This document shows, piece after piece, positions 59,456 to 64,000 of a stretch of DNA of 64,000 nucleotides. The translations under genes were made by a program, and so were the position numbers. Under the pieces are notes generated by a model. The model saw nothing but the letters and a program-made list of their open reading frames with translations, had not been told where the DNA came from and did no database searches. Positions within the stretch are counted from its first letter, which is position 1. The number at the start of each line of letters is the position of its first letter. The stretch is from positions 736,001 through 800,000 of the forward strand of contig CAWHTE010000001.1 of the NCBI GenBank assembly GCA_963832165.1, in the 5' to 3' direction. Origin of the DNA: an uncultured delta proteobacterium (GTDB taxonomy: Bacteria; Myxococcota_A; UBA9160; SMWR01).

Positions 59456-61714
59456 ATGGCCGGAGTCGAGCCCGCGATCCGCCGTCCCGGCCTCACGCTG
59501 TCGCGTTATGTGGCCCGCGAGGCATTGGGCCCGATCGCGATCGCGGTCGCCGGCCTCACGATCGTCGTGCTCACGCGCGATCTGATCGGTTTCACCGAGC
59601 TCGTACTGAATCGCGGCGTCGGCGCGCTCGAGATGGGTCGCATCACGTTCTTCGAGGCGGTGCAGGTCGCGACCCTGGTGCTGCCGTTCGCGGGGTTGAT
59701 CGGTGCGCTCGTCGCGCTCGGCCGCCTCGGTGCCGACAACGAGATCCTCGCGATCGAGTCGGCGGGCGTGAGCGCGGCGCGCCTGTCTGGGCCGATCGGA
59801 CGGCTCGCCGTGTTGCTCGCGCTCGTGGCCGGATCGCTCTCGCTGTTCGCCGCGCCCGCGGCGCAGCGCGGACTCGAGAGCGCGCTCGCCCGCATCGCGC
59901 GCGATCAGCCGTGGACCCAGATCCGCGCGGGCACGGTGAACCGCTTCGGCGGTTGGCAGCTCGAGGCGAAAGAGGTGACAGCGAGGGGCGACGAGCTGGA
60001 GGGCATCCTGCTCTGGGTGCCCGACATCGAGGAGACGATCTTCGCGCGCAGCGGAAGAGTCGGCGCGGGCGGCAACGGATCGCTCCAGCTCGAGCTCGAC
60101 CACGGGATCCTCGTGCTCTCGCCCGCACTCGGCCCGCGGCAGTTCCGCTTCGACCGCCTCCAGACCGTGCTGCCCAAGAGCGACGAGCCCGGGCCCTGGA
60201 AGCCGACCGATCCGTTCCGGGGCCACTCGCTCCGTTCGCTCCACGCGGCGCTCGACGACGGCGATCGCACGCTCTCCGACGGGGCGAGGCGCGAGTGGCA
60301 CCGGCGCTTCGCGACACCCGTGACCGCAGTGCTGCTCGGCCTGCTCGCTGCGCCGCTGTTCCTGACCCGCGGCCACTTCTCGCGCGCGGGCGGTTCCGTA
60401 CTCGGCATCGCCGTCACGGTCGCGACGTTCGCGCTGGCCCAGCTCGGCGAAGGGCTCACGCAGGCGGGCGTGACCGGGATCGCGAGCGGCGTCTGGCTGC
60501 CGAATGCCGTGCTCGCGACGCTGGCCGCGATCTCGTTCTGGCACGCGCGCCGGGAGGGGGTGTTGCGGCGCTCGCTCGACCGGCTGCGCGGTCGCACGCT
60601 GGCGGCGCTGCCGGGACGGCGGCCCAGCAAGACCCGTCGCCGCGCGCTCGACCGCTACGTCGCCTCGCGCTTCATCCAGCTCGTCACGCTCGCGTTCGGC
60701 GCGATCCTGACCGCGTACCTGATGGTCGACGTGATGGAGCGCCTCGACTGGTTCGCGCGCTACGGCGCGACCGGCGAAGAGGTGGTGCGATTCTACGCCG
60801 CGCGCATCCCACTGCTCGCCTCGCGCGTGGTGCCGATGGCGCTCATGGTCGGGAGCGCGTTGATCGCGAGCCTGCTCGCCGTCGAGGGCGAGCTGACCGG
60901 GATGCGCGCGTGCGGGATTCCGGCGATCCGCGCGATGGTCTCGGTGCTCGTGATCTCGGTGTTGGTGACTCCGCTCTACTTCCTGCTGCGCAACGAGGTG
61001 GTGCCGCGCACGAACGCGATCGCCGATCAGCTCAAGCAGACGGAGATCAAGGCGGACTACTACCTGCGCCTCGCGGAGAGCCGCAAGACCGCGATGTGGC
61101 ACCACGTCGGATCGCAGGTGATCGAGGCCGCGCGCTTCGACCTCGAGAGCGGCGACGCGGTGGACATCACGGTCTACGACCTCGGCGAAGACGGCCTGCC
61201 CGTGAGCCGCGCCGACGCGCGCGCGGCGCGCCACGTCGGCGGCGGCATCTGGCGGCTGCTCGATCCCACGCGCCTCGAGCTCACCAGCGATCACGTCGCG
61301 CGCGTTCCCGCGCGCACGTACGCGGAGCTCGGGAACGAGTTCTCGCGCGAGCTCGACCCGATGCATCTCTCGCTCGGCGAGCTCGCGCACGAGATCGAGA
61401 TGGTGGCTGCCGAGGGATACGACCCGCGCGCGCTGCGCGTCGACTACTACGTGAAGATATCCGAGGCGTTCGCGTGCATCGTGCTGCCGTTCTCGGTGCT
61501 GCTGTTCTCGGTCCTGGGTCCGCCGTTCGCTCCCCCCGCGCAGACGCTGCTCGTGTCCGGGATCCTCGTGGTCGCGCACGTGCTCCTGACCGGCGTCGGC
61601 ACCTCGCTCGGCTACAGCGGCGCGCTGCCGCCCGTGATGGCGGGCTGGCTGCCGAACGGCCTGTTCGCGGGCTACGTCGCGGCGATGGCCGCTCGACTCT
61701 GGAAGCAGATGTGA
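59456..61714 (+). CDS. Fused LptF/LptG-family permease
   Basis: Two tandem YjgP/YjgQ units (RLGADNEILAIESAGVS...VWLPN and GELTGMRACGI...GWLPN); 752 aa. Confidence 0.85.
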   Translation: MAGVEPAIRRPGLTLSRYVAREALGPIAIAVAGLTIVVLTRDLIGFTELVLNRGVGALEMGRITFFEAVQVATLVLPFAGLIGALVALGRLGADNEILAIESAGVSAARLSGPIGRLAVLLALVAGSLSLFAAPAAQRGLESALARIARDQPWTQIRAGTVNRFGGWQLEAKEVTARGDELEGILLWVPDIEETIFARSGRVGAGGNGSLQLELDHGILVLSPALGPRQFRFDRLQTVLPKSDEPGPWKPTDPFRGHSLRSLHAALDDGDRTLSDGARREWHRRFATPVTAVLLGLLAAPLFLTRGHFSRAGGSVLGIAVTVATFALAQLGEGLTQAGVTGIASGVWLPNAVLATLAAISFWHARREGVLRRSLDRLRGRTLAALPGRRPSKTRRRALDRYVASRFIQLVTLAFGAILTAYLMVDVMERLDWFARYGATGEEVVRFYAARIPLLASRVVPMALMVGSALIASLLAVEGELTGMRACGIPAIRAMVSVLVISVLVTPLYFLLRNEVVPRTNAIADQLKQTEIKADYYLRLAESRKTAMWHHVGSQVIEAARFDLESGDAVDITVYDLGEDGLPVSRADARAARHVGGGIWRLLDPTRLELTSDHVARVPARTYAELGNEFSRELDPMHLSLGELAHEIEMVAAEGYDPRALRVDYYVKISEAFACIVLPFSVLLFSVLGPPFAPPAQTLLVSGILVVAHVLLTGVGTSLGYSGALPPVMAGWLPNGLFAGYVAAMAARLWKQM

Positions 61715-64000
61715 TTCGCGCGTTCGCGGGCCTCGCGCTCGCGCTCGCGGGAACCGTCGCCGGCACAGCGCGCGCAGAGCTCGTCGCGGCGCAGATCACG
61801 CCCGAGAGCGCCGCGCGGCTATCGATCGGCGGACCCGATGCGATCGGCGGAGTCGGCGACTGGTGGCTCGCCAACGACGTCGTCGAGGTGGTGATCGACG
61901 ACGTCGCGAGAGCGTTCGGCATCTCGACCCATGGCGGCACCGTGGTCGACTTCGGCCTGCGCGACCGCTCGGGCGAGGATCAGTTCGCGCGGCTCTCGCC
62001 GATCGTGAACCTCTCGCAACGCGTGGTCGTGGGCTACCGATCGATTCGCGCCGAGGTCGACCCGCAGCGCCGCTTCGCTCGCATCATCGCGACGAGCCCT
62101 GGGCTGCGCACACTGCCGCGCGGCTCGCGCTGGGCGCGCGCGCTCGATCCGCTCGTGCCCGATGCCGAGCAGGTGTCGGCCGTGCGCGTCGAGACGGTCT
62201 ACGAGCTGCGGCCGGGGGAGCCGTTCGTGCGCATCGAGACTGCGCTCACGAATGCGGGAAGCATCCCCGCACCCGTCTTCGCATTCGGCGACGTCTGGAT
62301 GCGCGGCGGCCGCGGCGGCCGTGGCTACACGGGGGACGTTCTGGTTCCCGAGCGCACGCGCGGCTTCTCCGTGCGCGACATGTCGAGCAACATCCAGCGC
62401 TCGCTGGCCGCGCTCGCGACCTTCACGCACGCCGCGCTGCTCGGCAGCGCCGGGCTTCCGCCGATCGCCTACGCACTCTACGCGCCCGATCGCGCCGCGC
62501 GCGGCCTGCCGCTGTACGGGATCGCGGGCGAGCACGCGACGCTCGTCTTCGGCCTGATCGGCGACCCGCCGGTCGCCGAGCTCGGCGTGATCTCGCTCGC
62601 ACGCGCGATGTTTCGCGAGCTGGCGCCGGGCGAGACGTGGCGTTGGCAGCGGCGCCTGCGTGCGGCGGGTCGGAACGATCTCTCCGCCGTGGACGGCGCG
62701 ATCCGGCGCGAGCTCGGCGATGAGCCCGACGGCGGCGTCGAGGGACGCGTCGCCGTCGCCGGCCGGCGCGCCGTGGTGTTGGTCGACACGCCGGAAGGCG
62801 CGACGGTCACGGAGATCGGCGTCGACCCGGAGACCGGCGCGTTCCGCGCCGCGCTGCCGCCCGGTGACTACAGCGCTCTGCTGCGCATCGAAGCCGGCGA
62901 GCCGCAGCGCCGCGCGCTGCGCGTCGATGCGGGGCGCAGCGCTGCGCTCGCGTTCGATGCGCCGCCCGCGCCCGCGCGCCTCGCGTTCGAGCCCGCGTTC
63001 GCCGATCGCGGTCCCGGTCGCATCGAGATCCGCGGGCGCGACGGCACGCCCGATCCCGTGTTCGGAGACGATCTGCTCGGCGCGTCCCTCGACGGCGGAA
63101 GATCGCTGCCGAGCGGCAGCGCGTCGTCGTGCGGTGGCCTTCCTGGGCAACGACCGCGACCCGCGCGAGGTGGCGCTCGCGCCGGGCCGCTACCAGCTCG
63201 TGGCCACGCGCGGATTCGATTGGCAGGTCGCGTCGCAGGAAGTCGAGCTGCGCGGTCCGGGCGCGCGCGCGGTGATCGAGCCGTTCACGCTGCGGCCACT
63301 CGCGCCGATTCCGGGATTCGTCACGGCCGACCTGCACGTGCACGGCGAGGCCAGCGACGATTCGCAGGCGAGCAACGTCGATCGCCTGCGGCGCTTCGTC
63401 GCCGAGGGCGTGGACGTGCTGGTGGCGACCGATCACGACCACGTCGCGAACTACGAGCCGGCGCTCGCGCGCCTGCACCTCGCGGGCCGCGTGCGCGTGG
63501 TGCACGGCGTGGAGGTGACGGGCAGCGGGCCGAGCGCGGCCGCGCTCTGGACGATCGGGCACCACAACGCGTGGCCGATCCCGTATCGGCCACACGCGCA
63601 CCGGCATGGCGCGCCGCCGAGCCAGAACCGCGCCGTCGGTGCGCTCTACGCCGAGCTGCGCCGCTCGTACGGCGCGCGCGTGGTGCAGCTGAATCACCCG
63701 CGGCCGACGCCGAAGAACATCGAAGACGGCGACCGGAACCTCGCGTTCTTCGAGCACCAGGGCGAGGGGCACGCGTTCGACCCGCGTCTTCCGCTCGCCG
63801 CGTCAGAGAACGAGCCGCTCGTGCGGGGCACCGGCGCCGACGGCACGCGCGCGATCGACTTCGATGCGATCGAGATCGCGAACGGAGATTCGTGGCCGCA
63901 ATATCTCGCGACGCGCGCGGACTGGTATGCGCTGCTGCGCCAGGGCGTGCGGCGCACCGCCACTGCGAACTCCGACAGTCACGCGCCCGCAGAGCTGATC
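61711..64000 (+). CDS. Secreted CehA/McbA-like PHP metallohydrolase; frameshift at ~63127; runs off the window end
   Basis: Signal peptide; GGVGDWWLAND. After a +1 shift: ADLHVH, ATDHD, GVEVT, GHHNAWP, QLNHPR, EIANG, ANSDSH. Confidence 0.75.
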   Translation, partial: MIRAFAGLALALAGTVAGTARAELVAAQITPESAARLSIGGPDAIGGVGDWWLANDVVEVVIDDVARAFGISTHGGTVVDFGLRDRSGEDQFARLSPIVNLSQRVVVGYRSIRAEVDPQRRFARIIATSPGLRTLPRGSRWARALDPLVPDAEQVSAVRVETVYELRPGEPFVRIETALTNAGSIPAPVFAFGDVWMRGGRGGRGYTGDVLVPERTRGFSVRDMSSNIQRSLAALATFTHAALLGSAGLPPIAYALYAPDRAARGLPLYGIAGEHATLVFGLIGDPPVAELGVISLARAMFRELAPGETWRWQRRLRAAGRNDLSAVDGAIRRELGDEPDGGVEGRVAVAGRRAVVLVDTPEGATVTEIGVDPETGAFRAALPPGDYSALLRIEAGEPQRRALRVDAGRSAALAFDAPPAPARLAFEPAFADRGPGRIEIRGRDGTPDPVFGDDLLGASLDGGRSLPSGSASSCGGLPGQRPRPARGGARAGPLPARGHARIRLAGRVAGSRAARSGRARGDRAVHAAATRADSGIRHGRPARARRGQRRFAGEQRRSPAALRRRGRGRAGGDRSRPRRELRAGARAPAPRGPRARGARRGGDGQRAERGRALDDRAPQRVADPVSATRAPAWRAAEPEPRRRCALRRAAPLVRRARGAAESPAADAEEHRRRRPEPRVLRAPGRGARVRPASSARRVRERAARAGHRRRRHARDRLRCDRDRERRFVAAISRDARGLVCAAAPGRAAHRHCELRQSRARRAD

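Overview
A gene-dense, roughly 70% GC bacterial chromosome segment with about 55 CDS. I saw no rRNA, tRNA, CRISPR array or transposase. PEP-CTERM proteins, a sigma54 promoter, Kdo/Lpt genes and actinobacterial-type F420 and sterol enzymes point to a diderm Myxococcota/deltaproteobacterial-like uncultured organism (inference). Content is dominated by lipid, acyl-CoA and redox metabolism. Highlights: (1) a hidden selenoprotein, a peroxiredoxin-like gene at 11627-12196 with an in-frame UGA in a UxxC motif and a candidate SECIS, which the ORF track splits in two; (2) a ~44-bp repeat family that sits in-frame inside proteins, including that selenoprotein, plus GTAG-type REPs that supply stop codons; (3) an intein with a LAGLIDADG remnant inserted in the CX3CX2C motif of a PA0069/Rv2578c-type radical SAM gene, broken by several frameshifts; (4) a DapF homologue with both catalytic Cys replaced by Ser; (5) a Mycobacterium-like TetR-P450-CYP51-NTF2-CMD cluster with a candidate operator; (6) a ~14-kb locus resembling the Caulobacter anionic sphingolipid (cpg/lptFG2) cluster, extended with kdsA, a GT-ELM1 fusion, an ABC exporter and a fused LptF-LptG. 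Several isolated single-base frameshifts suggest residual assembly errors, so gene disruptions need caution. All family assignments come from motif recognition, not database searches.
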